This document shows positions 23,509-36,950 of a stretch of DNA of 64,000 nucleotides, one piece after another. A program made the translations under genes and the position numbers. Each line of letters starts with the position of its first letter. The first letter of the stretch is position 1. The stretch is taken from assembly GCF_009914755.1 (NCBI RefSeq), contig NC_060925.1. One strand, given 5' to 3'. A model generated the notes under the pieces. It saw only the letters and a list, made by a program, of their open reading frames with translations, was not told the origin of the DNA and made no database searches. The stretch comes from the human T2T-CHM13v2.0 reference genome, Homo sapiens.

Positions 23509-25676
23509 AGAAGCCATATTTTACTTTATCTTTTTAGCCCACTTAGCAATTAGCACTGTGCCTTCCACACAATAGTTTTTGATAAGCATTTGTTGTACGA
23601 ATGTGCAAATGCATGATTGAATAAGTGAGCTAATAAGTGATCTCAGGTGATGTTAAGTATGTCTTTTACTTTTCCTCCAGGAATTTATGGGGTCTTGGTC
23701 TCAGAAGCTAAATCTCCTCACATGTGAATCAATTCATTTTGTTTCAACATACATTTGTTGACATCAAACATGTGCCAGACCCTGTACAAAGAGGACACAA
23801 AATGAGTAAGACATGGACTGTCCTTAAGGAACTCATGTTCTCACTGCACCAAGGGTGGAGGTTGTGAATAAGGCAAAGGAACACAGCTCCCCGCCCCGTT
23901 CACCCTGTACACAGCCCTGTACACCCTGTTCCCGGGAACAGCAGAGGTAGGAAAGTCACAAATTGTACATCCACCCCAATCTTGCAACAAGAGTGTATTA
24001 AAAGCCATTTTTCAAGGCTGAGTAAGAGTTTGTGACCTGATAGACGATGGCTGGCAAACTCATTTCATCATAAATATCACAGCAGATAATATACTTCAAT
24101 ACAAGTGATGCATCTGCCTATGCCAGGATCCTCAGAGTGAGTAATGCTCCTCCAATATGGGCTTCTGAAAGATAAACAAATTATGGGCTGTAATTACCTG
24201 ACATTTGAGTTTCCTTTTTATGAGATTTTCTTCACTCTAATCACACTCAGAGTGGGAGGATGGAAGATACAATTGGGGCTTAAAGAAGGGAAGAAGAGGG
24301 GTCTGCTCTCTCAGCAGAGAGGCGGATGCCAGATAAACAGCTCCTAAAGAAGGTGCTGGTGCTTCTGTCCCTCTGGAATGAGAGGAAAGGCTCAGCAAGT
24401 AGGAAGATGTGCAGAAAGTGGAGAAATGAGAAAGGAGAGAGAGTGGTGATTTCTCAAGTGTGTGCATTTTTAGACGATGCCTGTGACAGAAAAGAAATTC
24501 TCTTCTCTGACGCATACATATCACATAAAGACATAATGCATGCTATGCAGACAGAATTCTACATCTTCAAACTCTCCCCGCTGCAGAGCTCAGGCGGAGA
24601 TTCACACACTCTCTAGCCCACTGTGGACCTTGAATTTGACCCTTCCTCCTTTCTGAAGGCAGCATTTCTCATCTCCCCTTCAAAGGTTTGCCTTAAACTT
24701 CACTTTTACAAATCCTTTACCTCCTGATAGGCTCCTGTCTGCCAACATCGATTGTTCCTCCAAAATGTTTCCTCTATGGGCCTGTTGTTAATATTTGTAC
24801 TTGAAAATTAAACCTCTCCTTACACAGGGGACCAGACTCTATTGAGTCTGTGGCTTCTTCTGAAGGGTCAGAGAAATATTTCAAGATGGGAAGGAAGTGT
24901 GCCATAAAAAATAATAAATCAACAAATGAGAGGGTCACAGTGTAATGTAGTAATCTCTAAATTGGACGTCAGGAAATCTGGGTTTAATTAGAATCTTCAC
25001 TGTTTCTTATGAAAGTGATGTTTCTTTGCTTCAAGTCAATTTTCTCCTCACTTAAAATGGGAATCACTTATTTGGTAGGTTGCTTTAAGGATCCAACGTC
25101 ATAATATCCATAAAATTCCATGTCACCTTCTGGGTTCCATAAATATTTATTTCATCCCAGCCTCCTAAGTCTGAATAATAAAGGACTATAAATGTGCACA
25201 GCATTCTTTGTTGTACTTTTGAAGGTCTTTTCACACTAACAACATTCTCCAGAGGCAGGAAAGACTAAAGCAGTTGCCTTTTTTTTAATTGATGAAGCCA
25301 TTGAAAGAATTCAGGGAGGTTAAGAGACTTGCCCAGAGCCATGTGGAGACTGAAAACCCAGATTCTTGAACCTTTCTGTGGTCCTCAAAGACAGCATACT
25401 TACCTGGGAGGGTCAGGTCAAAAGGGGGTCCCTTTTATGAACTATTTAAAAACTCCTGGCATTTCTGAGCAGAGAAGCAGCCCATGTGGCAACTGAGGTG
25501 TGAATCCAGTGGATATGAACTTTGCCTCAAAGAAAATGAGCCAGCTGACACCTGATGCCAGAAATGCAATGGGTGAGATCAATGGTTTGAATCTGAAAAA
25601 AGGCAGTGGGGGGGGTGGGGTGTGTGGGGGGCGTGCTATGCATAGGGAGAAGAAGTATGCATGAACTTAGTGATAA

Positions 25677-26164
25677 ATTCATTTGTTTCCTAGGGTACCA
25701 CAAATTGGTGGCTTAAAAGAACATATTATCTCACTGTTCTGGGAGCTAGAGATCCAAAATCAAGATGTCAGCAGGGTCATGTTCTCTCTGAAGGTGCTAG
25801 GGAAGATTCCTTCCTTGACTCTTTGTAGTTTTGGGTTATTGCCAGCAATTCATGGTGTTCCTTGGCTTGTAGACACATTGCTTCAGTCTCTTGTTTCCGT
25901 AGTCACACAGTGATCTGCCAGGGTGTGTCTGTTTTTGTGTCTCTTCTCCTCTCCTTATGAGGATACCATCATATTGGATTCATGGTGCACCTGTACCAGA
26001 ATGACCTCATCTTAACTGAGATGGCCATTAATTAAATAACCAATTGAATAATTAAATAACCAATTAAATAGGTCATTTGCAATGACCCAATTTCCAAATA
26101 GAACCACATTCTGAGGCTCCAGGTAGGACACAAATTTTGGGGGAACACTATTCAACCCAGCACA
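25677..26164 (-). mobile_element. MLT1C-like MaLR LTR
   Basis: gtaccacaaattggtggcttaaaa...ggggaacactattcaacccagcaca. Confidence 0.85.
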
Positions 26165-26992
26165 ATAAGAAAATGAGAGCCAAGCTGAGGAGGAAGAATG
26201 AAAACCTGAGAAAGAAAACTAGGTGAAGAGGGAGACTATGAGACAGAAGACAGACAAAGTAGAGAGTGAGACAGAGACCAGAGGAGACAGAAGTGGAAAG
26301 ACAGAGTGAAAAGATGAGAAAGGAAGAGAAAGAGAAGGATGCTAGTGAAGCACAGATACACAGACCCCTGCACACACCATGTGGGAGACACACAACAACT
26401 TGGTGTTTAAAGAATTTCCCCCAAATATGCACCTTCTCTCCCACTAGATGCCCACTGGGCAGCCCTAAAGCTGTTACTGTAGAAACTGAAGTAGACATCC
26501 TCTTTGGGGTTAATAGATGGCCCCAGTAAGAGAGACCAGTTAGTCCGTTGGCCCTCACATTCCTACTTCCTCCCATGACTCTGGCTCCAGGGGCTTCCAG
26601 TTTTCAACGTTAGAACCTCCGTGATGGTTTTTCAAAAAAAAGTCTTTTTTTCAAAAGGCCAATTTTCAGGTGGTGTTATGTTTATTTACCTCCTATAGAG
26701 CAGAAAATGGGCCACTCAGGAGATGCGATGATGACACTTCCCCCTTGAGAAGCAGCTGTTCCTAGCTTCTGGCAAGCTGCTTAGGGTCAGACTGTCCCCA
26801 TTTTTCATCCAACCAGATGTCATCCAGCGTTATTCTACAGATTCCATGTCCTGGTCTTTTCCAACTCACTGGAGTTTTCCAAAGATCTCCAAAGAGGTGC
26901 TAGCCACTTTAGTATCAGCCAAAACTGACACCAGGAAGGAGGAATCATAAATTAGCAGTAGGAAGGAGGCCTTGGGGCTGGCAGAACACCAG

Positions 26993-26998
<6 letters not shown>

Positions 26999-27028
<30 letters not shown>
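26999..27028. repeat. (GT)15 microsatellite
   Basis: Direct reading. Confidence 0.97.
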
Positions 27029-27030
<2 letters not shown>

Positions 27031-30000
27031 GGGGGAGGTTTTCATGGAGAAATAGGTGGAGGTAGAAAGATATCCATCAATATAGACCAAGACCAAGCCA
27101 TTTCCAAGTTACGGGGCTCTAGAACCCTCTTTGTCATTGGAAAAATCACGCATTCACTCAGAACAGAAAGTCACATAGGACAGCCAGAATTTATAAGCTA
27201 AGATGTGCTAAGTCTCCCCTTGCTTTATTTTCTTTTGCCATATTGAAAATTTAGTGAGTTTGGCTTTAGGATAATAGTCCCCACTCCTTCCCTATCATAG
27301 AAACCACCATTTAAAAAGAGAAAGCCACAAGCTTGCAGGTCTCCTAAGGGAAATTTCCCATGCCAGCCTGACCTGGCCAGTAGTGTGACGGGGGAGATGT
27401 GGGTGAAAGGACAGAGGTGGGCAGACACCACCATAGCATCGTGCTCAGCCGCTGTGCCATCCCTTCGGAGCAGTGAGAGGAAGAGCCCTCTACTGGCAGG
27501 AGCATCTTCTGGGCTTCTGGGCTCCCCAGTCCTCTCACCTCCCACAGCAGGAAAGGCAGTGAGGTGCGCAAGCCCATCTCCAGGGACAGCCACAGAAAGA
27601 GCAGTGAGTTAGGAGACATTTATCTCACATGGCCACACAATGGAGCATATGCCTTAATTGTCATAGCAGCTGTTATTCATTCGTTGTTTCTCTTATTTAC
27701 TCATTCATAGTTTTTTTTTTTTTTGTCACCACGGTTACAGTGGTCTATGTTAAGTACTGAAGGTATCAAGATGAAAAAAAGCTCAGTTCCTAATTTTAAT
27801 TCAAAGCAAGAGCAAAGCAAGAAAAAGGAAGTGTAGGGGCTGAGTGCTCAGGGTCACAAACTATAAAGGAATGGATTCTTTCACCTGAAGGCAGGCTTTC
27901 CCATCGCCCCCACAGGGCTGCAGGTGTTTGGGGCCTCTTCTAACTCTGGATCTCTCCTCTGCCAGGTGTCTAGCACCTCCCTGATGACCTGATGACTTAA
28001 GACTCCCTTAGATCATTCTCACAATCAACTATGGCACCCTAACCCGTGGGCAAAATAAAAACCTCAGGTCAAGGTGGTAAAAGAATTCTGGAAAGGACTG
28101 GAGATGTGGAAGTTTGCAGAGGGAGGTGGTTATTACTGACCTGCCTCCCCTCCTCAGGGTTCTAGGTTAAAAGAGAAGGCCAGACAGCCCAAGGGTATGA
28201 AATACAGTGAAATAAACAAACCAAAACAGACACGAGTTTTAAGCAGAACTAAGTAAAATCTATGATTGCGCTATGTACCCATAGTTCTCTTGCTAGACAG
28301 AATATTACTTGACCTGAGAAATACCCAGCCTGTAAATTTTTTGTCTCTAATATATTCTTGTGGTGATGTCCTCTTTTAGCATCTGACCAGCAATATTCTT
28401 ATTTGAAAGCTGCAGAGACTAACTGTGGGCTTGTCATTTGCCATCGGTTCCCCACCTTTCCCTTGCTCTGCTATGTCTTGCAGGGATGACGAGGCCCTCT
28501 TGCCAGCTGGACTCTGCCAATGTTTCTGCCAATGGTGCACTGGTGGCAGCCTGGGGAAAGACGGGGAGGGAGGTCAGGGTAGTTATTTCTTCCTTGCTTT
28601 GCCTCAGGCCATGCCTCTGACTACATTGCATCAGGTAAGCTTCATCTCCACTAGACAAGGCATGATTGAAGCTCACATTGGTTAGCTTCAGCCTCCTCCT
28701 CCCACTATGACTCCAGTCCTTTGTAATTAACAACATTCTGCAACTGTTCATCTTTAGGTTTCTTCACCATTGTTTGGCTTTTCAGCTTCCCCATCATCCA
28801 CCAATCCAATTCCTGATATCCAATTCTCTCCATTGAAAAACCTAGAGGGGCTTATGTTTTCCTAAGGGAAACTTAATACATTTCTGACTTGTTTAGTAGC
28901 AAAGTAATTAACTAGAAGGATGTTGGGTCATTTACAGAATTGCCAGGAGGCAGAGGGGCTATGCAGCCAGACACAGAGCAAAGTTCATTCCACGGAAACG
29001 ACAGCAAGGACTCCTCCGCAGCCACTGCTGGACTCCAGAATGTGATGACCACCATGAGAACTCCACCAGCTGTGATGCTGAGCCTACCTCTGCTGCCCTT
29101 GGACACTCACTCCCAAATAAAGTTCAGATTGCTCTCTCTGATTATCTAACTTGTTAAGTCCACATCATTTTCCCCACCCTAGCTTCAGAAGACTGGAAAA
29201 TTGAGTTTCTGATATTTGTTAACAGAGTCCAGATCCACATTTCAGTGAGACTTGCAGGGTCAAGAATTCTCCAAATATCAGAAGGAGATCAGATGCAGAA
29301 GAGCCAAGAGAAATAAATAAATATTTGTCCCAGGAATAAGACCAGGAGTTAGAGGCTGAGTTTCAGCCCTAGGGTCAGCATGTGAAGAAGAGAATCTCTC
29401 TAAGATCACTATGTTAAAGGCAACAGAAAGACTAGAACTCTGGGTGGGAGCTTTTGCCCTATGAGTATAATCACAGGCCTTCTCAGTACCCTTCAAATTG
29501 ATAATGGGCAACCAGTATTTACAACTATAGGATAGCACAGCTTCCTACCCAGGACTGAATGTCTACCTCACTAAGAGTACTTACCAGATTTGGGGATCAG
29601 TCCTGACCCTAGCCAGAGAGAACTTAAGGAATCTCTGGCTTCTGAATCCACTCTGAGGATCCACATTGATTCCTAAGACATTTCTTATTTCTAGGAACTA
29701 GGAACTAGGTTCCTACCTTGTACCTCTGACCCAGCTCCGGGGTCTTGCCCTTCTTCCTGGAACCCTGCTGATTCTTAAGAACAAAGGTATTAATTAACAT
29801 CCCCATTCAATCCCTCTGAAGTGTGGGTCTTGCCTCAGCCCAGCAGTTTTTGTGGTGAGGTCCTCTTTGTCTACCTCCAGATTTGATCTTCCTGTAGTCG
29901 CCCCTGCCTGAGCAACAGCCAGCCTGAAATTCCTCCTGTTACCTGCTCTTAGAGGCAGCTTGACATAATAGCAAAAGGATGGATTTCCTTTACATCCTGG

Positions 30001-30085
30001 AAAGTCAGTCAGACCTGGGTTTTAATCCCAGCTCTAACACTTACTGCTTGTATGAGCTTGGTGGGCTTCTGTACTTACTGTTTCT

Positions 30086-30250
30086 CTTGTGGTTCTCAAA
30101 CCTTAGTATGTAAGTGTCTAAGTATCTGCTGTCCTGTTGTGTTTGTTGAAAAGGCAGATTCCTAGTTTCCTTCTCTTGGAGATTCCATTCCTTAGGTCCA
30201 AGGTGATTGAGATGCAGGTGGTTTACAGACCACACTTTGAGAATCACTGC
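30086..30250. mobile_element. MER5-family hAT MITE
   Basis: gtggttctcaaac...ccacactttgagaatcactg terminal inverted repeats. Confidence 0.7.
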
Positions 30251-33200
30251 CCCACCAGGTTTCCAAGTCCTGTTCATTGTCAATGTGGTTGTCATTCATT
30301 CAGTCAGCACTTCCCAGGGTTCAGGTGGGCAGGGGATGTGAGTAAGTACAACCACATCCTCTTATGTTCCAGCTGGAGGTTCCACTTCACCCAGACCTCC
30401 TGTATTAGAATCTTGGGATAAAAATGGAGCTGACGTATGCAATTCACCAAAGTTCCACATGTATCTGTTATACAAACCTCTGGTTCAAAAGCCCTGTATT
30501 ACTGCTTCAGTACCAGACTTGACTCCAGTCCCCTTCCTGCCTTAATTTCCCACCTCCCCATCCTGTGTTCCACTCATACCCTTAGCTTCCCTGCAGCCTT
30601 ACTTAAGAATAGGGCATTTGCTCTTCATAGATGCCATTTCAATGAGAGTTCCCTCTCAAGAAAGCTAAGTCTTTTTTTATTCTCCAAGATTTTATCTGTA
30701 TCCATTTGGCAGGAGAGTAGATTCTATTATGATCATTACCCATATGGACAAGCAGCCAAGATTTAATATCTGTTGGTCAATAATAGCTTTCATAACTAAT
30801 AGCTCTTGATGACCATCTAGAGGGGAGTGTGACCTTCTTATCCTCCTGGTCCCCTTTGCTGGCACTCACATATCCTCCAAAAACTGGGGACCTTGATGCC
30901 CACATACATAAGGACCCTCCTTCTCCCGAGGGAGCACACAGCACTTATAACCAGAGTGGGGAAATGGAAGACTGACCTCTCCATCCTCAAAGCCCAACCC
31001 ATGTTTCACCTCCTCCATGAAGCCGTTCCTGATTCCAGTGCCCTGTGCTACTTTCCCTTCTCAGATTTTCTACCACATGCCATATTACACAGCTTAGCAC
31101 TGGACTGTGTCCTACTTTGGAATGCTGTTTTTTATTTTTATTTTTTGCTTGTACTTCTTGCTTATCTAGCAATATTGCAGACTCTCTTAGAACTAAATCT
31201 TGATTTTAGACTTTCCTTGAAGAATCATGGAGGTGAAAAGAGAAACAGATCAAGGATCTGCTCAAGGATGTCACATTGGAGTGGGAGAGGGGGCTGAGGA
31301 CATTGACCTGCCTGTGGAGGCAGAGTCTTCAGGCATCTCCCTCCAGGGTGAAGCTGAGGTACAGTATTAAAGGCTGTCATCACCTCCAACATGACTCAGG
31401 TCACAGTTGCTGGAGGAAGACCCACTGGTAGGAGAAAGGAAGTGCAAAGGACAGAGCACAAAGAATCCAGGTAGCTGTTGGTAAATACCAACAAGCAGTC
31501 ACAATCCAAGGAATGTCCACTATCAGCTAGACGCAAAGTAATGGACTAGGGCATAATCCACCAGTTTTGTGGATCCAGGAAGAGGCAGAGTAGGGGTCCC
31601 AAGGCACCAGAATGGGATTTTCATTAGGTAACCAGCATTAGAGAGACTGAGCTCATGGACAGGAAAATCATCAAAATTACAGAGTGGAGCCTTCGAGACA
31701 GACACAAAAGAACTGTCTCGGAGGCTGACTCTGCTCAAATCCTCAGCAGCTTCTCTGGTCCTCCTGCTCCACCTCATCACCCCAGGGGATTTCTCCAGGC
31801 TTGAGAATTGACTCCCTCTCTCTCCTGTGCTGAGCTCTGTGGCAGGTTCTCTGGTTCCCAATATTTCAAGACTCCAACTTTGCTCCGCTTTCACTCAAGT
31901 TTGCAGTGGCAGAGGCTGTAGAAGTGAAGTCTGGCTGGCCCTTTCTAATGCCACAGTGCCCAGAATCATGCTAAGTATATATATGGTGGCCATCCATTCG
32001 GATACATCAAATAAATACAGCTCACTTAAGCAAGTGCACACCAGAAGGGTGTCAAGAAACCCGGGAGATGGTGAGCCTTCTTCAGAATTCATCTAGATGT
32101 CCCCATTATCCTCTCTGTAACTTCTTACGTTCCTCTTCTCTTAAAGAGACCTGGGCTCAAATCTGCCATTTACTAACCTGGTACCTTGGGTAAGTTATTA
32201 TCTTTAAAAAATGGAGATAGCAGAGCCTATGAATAAGCAGCCTATGTCCCCAGTCTCTGGGGGTGCACTGGCTAGCCTGCCACTCCCCTACCTCACACAT
32301 CAAATGGTAGGATCTGAGAAGTGGTGCTCAGTGCTAATTGACTTGACCACTTGACTATGACTAAAGATATCAAGAGGCAAGCACTCATTTATAGCAAGTG
32401 GGAGAAACATCAGTACATTTTTTCTGGGCACTGGGGATGGCATAGTTCAGTGTTTGTGAGATGGGCTGGTAGTTTGTTTGCAAGGCTAGGCACAAACTCT
32501 CTTGAAAGACAAATCACCATATAAATGCTTTAGCATCAGGGCAGCATTAGGGCATGAGTCATGCTCAAAAGATGGATGAAAACGAGGGACAGGGATACCA
32601 AGGAGGCAGGATTATGAAGGAGCAAGGACTCTTTTGCTCAGGCCCCCTCCCCCAGATTCTGTGTCAAGGTTTCAGTATGTTTTTAATCACTTTACTATTA
32701 CTTATAAAAACCAATAGCAGGTGCCTGATGGAAGAAGAAAATAATGATTCAAGCTTGAGAGTCATTTTCCAGTTGATTTCCTTTCTCTTCATTTCCTTTT
32801 GACCTCAGTAGGGAAGGCATAGCCTCACTATTCAAAGAAACCATAACTCAGTCCTCACTTACGGACTTTGTTTAAGAAAGTGCTTAATATTTTTCTTCTT
32901 ATGTCCAAGGGAACTACATTTTAGGTGTTTAATCATCTTTACAGCCCCCAAATATCTGGGATTTATGGAAAGCATTTAAACTCAGTTGAAAAAAATAAAA
33001 ACAGAGTGTCCTAAATTCAGGGTAAATTTTTACTCTTGTTATGGGTGTTAATTTATGATTCGACAATGATTTCAAGGCTTTACTTCAAATCTTCTGAGGC
33101 TTATATTTTCTTATTATTCAACCTGGTTTTATTCTCAGTGTCAAATGAATCACACATTCAATCACACAGAGCACAATGTTCCCCCAAAACACATAATTCA

Positions 33201-34439
33201 GAGTCTTAGCCTATGGAATTATGAACCCCCTGGGAGGAAGATCAAGGGAGTCCTTGTGGTCTTTCATTCCCCCTGGTGATGAAAATGCCTTATCCTTCAA
33301 AAGACTGATTTTTGAGGGGCCAATGCTCCTGGGAGCTAGGTCTTGATGCCAGAGTGTCTCAGCTGTCCTAAGTACAGAATACGGTTCCTGGCCACTGCAA
33401 TACCATGAGGAGTATTGGGAAAGTCTAAACTCAAGATTTTATTCCAAAGGAATGAAGTAGTTTTGAGAAGAGTTGATCTAGACTTACCAAAGTGGCCTTA
33501 AGTGAATCCTCCACTCATGCTTTGGAGGGGGAAGAAGCTGAGACTTGGGGCCTCAACTTTAGTAGTCACGTCTTCTCACTATTAGGTAAGAGACAAGAAG
33601 AGTGGTTAGAACCAATCAGGGAGTGGGGGACTCCTGGCAGGTTTTGGATTGCAGGGAAAAAAACCCTATTACACTCCATCCGACCATCCTTGCTCCTGCC
33701 CAGGGCTGCAGGCACTCTAGAAAACATCTCTGCAGCCACCATCTCAGGGCAGAGCCCAGGCCCCATGGCTTATCCTGGCTTTGAACCTCCGGCTTTCCTG
33801 AATGCTGTCCCTCACTTAGATTCTCCCTTTCTGACTAGCCTCTCCAAACTGAAGCCTTGTTTCCATAGCCTGCCTGGATTTGGAATGCAACTGCTCACCT
33901 AGATGACTTTCTCAGTCCCATATTCCTCACCTGTAGGTGGGTGATGGCCTTACCTTCACACTCTACCCAAGTCCTCAGGATGCCCACATCTCCACTTTCA
34001 TAGAAGGGAGATTAGACAGCCTGTGACTGACATTTGCTGAGGGAGAATGAAGTGTGGCCCAGGCTCTCCCGTGTGCCACACTTCCTGTGTCTCTCACCTT
34101 CAATCCAGCATGTGCCCACGGAAGCCACTCTGGTCTGCTCTCCCAGAGGTGAACTGCACTCTGGCTCTCTTCCTCCACCTTTCTCCATGAGCACTGGCAT
34201 TCACATGTCCTACAAGGGCCTAGTAGGTCAGAGATATATTGATTTCTGATCAGCCAAAAACAGCAGTAACTTTTCAAAAGCATATTTAAGGGAGAATATC
34301 TTAACAAAGAAATGAGACGTGGAATTATAAAACTTCAACTAGCTGGATGGAGGAATGATTTGGGAGAAAAACATTCAGTGGTATTGCTCAATTCATATTA
34401 TATAGAATAAAAAGACACTAGAAGAAAGAAATAAACTAC

Positions 34440-34650
34440 TATTTATTTAGTACCTATTATCTGCAAGACCCTATGATGCATTTTTCCTCATACATTACTT
34501 AATTTTATTCTATAAACAGTTTACCAAAATACTGTCTTACTTTTACAAAACAGAATTGAAATGTAAAGAGATTAAGAAAATTAACTCATGATACTCAGCT
34601 AGTAAATTGCAGAACTGGGGTTCAAATCCAGGCCTATATTTTCTCCTAAA
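34440..34650 (-). mobile_element. MIR
   Basis: cagctagtaaattgcagaactggggttcaaatccagg. Confidence 0.65.
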
Positions 34651-35762
34651 TTTAGGAGTTTTCTATTCCAACGCTTTTGTCATAGTAGGCTTTCAGCTTC
34701 AGGAAGTCACTTGAATCTGATGCTGACATTCTTTTCTGAGCAGGAGCTGGCAGTGGTAGACATGGGACACCATCCTCCATCCCAACTCTCTCCTCCAGCC
34801 CTGATGCCACTTGCCACCCAAGTGAAAGATACAGGTTGAGCTGCCCACACTTGTTCTTGCCCCAGGCCCACTAGAGAGCAGACTACCTGACACACTGGCC
34901 CCTTGTCACCTTGGAACAAGGCCTTTCCCACTTATAGAGACCCTAGAACTCTCAGGAACCCCATATTGCTCTTCACTCTGCAGAGCTGTTCTTCAGAGGC
35001 AACGGTGCTGAAGAGAAGGATCTGGATCTGGGCCCCTAATGAAACTCCCCACTAGACTACTGCTTCAGCTTAACCAAACTGGAAATTTGAGCCAATTCTT
35101 CTTTATTCTGCTACCCATCTCAGAAAGCAACTTGCAGAGGTCAAGGACAGCAGAGAGTCTTCTTAGCTTCCAATCATTCTGCTTCTTACTATGAACATGA
35201 TCCATTCAAGTGCAAGAAACCTGTAAGTTCAGGGCTAAGCTGCCATTGAAATGTCTGAGTGCTTAAGAAGCAGGAAAGAAAATGCATGATGCTTTTAAGA
35301 AACCACTATTAGCAAAACAATCTCAAATAAACCCAGAAAGTCCTGATAGAGCTGGATGACTCCTACCCAGCCTCAGGGGTCATTCATTTACCAATTTATG
35401 ATTCAGAGACTATCACTGCTGGCTCAGTCTCTCTCCTATCCCAATCATTGTCCACCTACCAAACTGACCTGTTAGTGGTAGATCTGCCAACAGCCACTCA
35501 TAGAGCACCAGAAACAATGCCCTCCTCTCTCCCTCCCACCACCACTTATCTTCTCCAGAAATAAAGGGTTAATGCAGGAACTCCTAAGACCCACAATACT
35601 CATGACTCACACTGTGGTTAACCAAAAGAACCTACCTTCCTCAAGTCCAAGTCATTACTTCTCTGTACCTCTCTGGACAAGCAGAGAGGCAGGTGTGAGT
35701 CAGTGGATCTAAAAGGTGAAGCATAAAGCTATTACAAATTAATAAGAAAAAGTCAAGCACAT

Positions 35763-36226
35763 TGTAGGGGACTGAATTGTGTCCCCTAAAAATATATGTT
35801 CAAGTCCTAATGCCCTAGGGCCAATGAACACAACCTGATTTGGAAGTAGGGTCTTTGCAGATGCAGTCAATTTAAGATGAAATACTGCATTAGAGTATGC
35901 CCTAAATCCAATAATTGGTGTCCTTATAAGGAGATGAAGATTTAGAGACACACAGATAAGCATGGAGAGAAGACAGTTGTCTGAAGGCGACAGAAATTGA
36001 GTAATGCAGCTGTAAGCCAAGGAATACCAAAGAATGCCAGCAAACCCCAGAAGCTAGAAAGAGGCAAGGAAGAATTCTTTCTTAAGAGTCTTCAGAGGGA
36101 ACGTAGCCCTACCAACACCTTGATTTCAGATATCTAGCGTCTAGAACTATGAAAGAATATATTTCTGTTGCTTTAAGCCACCAAGTTTGTAGTAATTTGT
36201 TATGGCAGCCCTAGGAAACTAATATA
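35763..36226 (+). mobile_element. MLT1C-like MaLR LTR
   Basis: tgtaggggactgaattgtgtcccc...ttgttatggcagccctaggaaactaatata. Confidence 0.88.
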
Positions 36227-36249
36227 TGCACCATGGGGGGTAAAATAGC

Positions 36250-36795
36250 AGAATGATATGTAAAAGCAAATCATGAAAGAAGAAATGTAAATGACAATAA
36301 AAAATGTAAACCATTTTCAGCCTCGGTGGAAAGAAATATGACTTAAAACAATGATATGTCCTTTTTACTTTTCAGATGGCTAAGATTAAAAAGAATTATA
36401 ATGCCTGGTGTCAGCATGGGGGGTGGGAAATGGACATCTATTCACTGCTTTTGGGAATAGGCGAGAACAACAAATTCTAGAGAATAATATGGTAATATAT
36501 ATCAAAAGCTGTAAAATCATTATATTCTAGGAAATAATAAGGTAAGGTGCAAAGATCTATGCATAATACTATTTCCATCAAAGCATTACTTATAGCAAAC
36601 TTAAAAAGGGAAAGAAATTTAAAGTTCAAACAATAGGAATTGTTAAATAATTTATGTTATGTTCACACAATAAAATTACTATGAAGCCATTAAAATTGAT
36701 GATATCGATTCATATTTATCGACAAGAAGAGATGTTCAAATATATTGCCAAGTGAGAAAAATAGCCTAATCTAATCTTCTGTGTGTGCCTGCATG

Positions 36796-36842
<47 letters not shown>

Positions 36843-36950
36843 AGAGAGAGAACTAAGGATGGGCACTGTGTTACTGGCTGCTAACGTTATGAATTATTTG
36901 TGTTTTCAATTCTTTAATTTTTCCAAAGTGAAAATCAATACTTTAAAAAA
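36250..36950 (+). mobile_element. Old L1M (L1ME-like) 3' fragment
   Basis: Degenerate L1 3' motifs: gatggctaagattaaaaag, tactatgaagccattaaaa. Confidence 0.65.
36798..36851. repeat. (TG)20(AG)6 compound microsatellite
   Basis: Direct reading. Confidence 0.95.

Noticed and set aside
25396-25412. U1 snRNA pseudogene (atacttacctgg start; also at 60341)
   Set aside because: Similarity fades after about 12-17 nt; better read as an antisense 5' splice-site consensus
782-36950. Plus-strand bias of L1 fragments as evidence for a minus-strand host gene
   Set aside because: Too few elements, an antisense L1M-like piece exists near 58820-58910, and candidate exons occur on both strands
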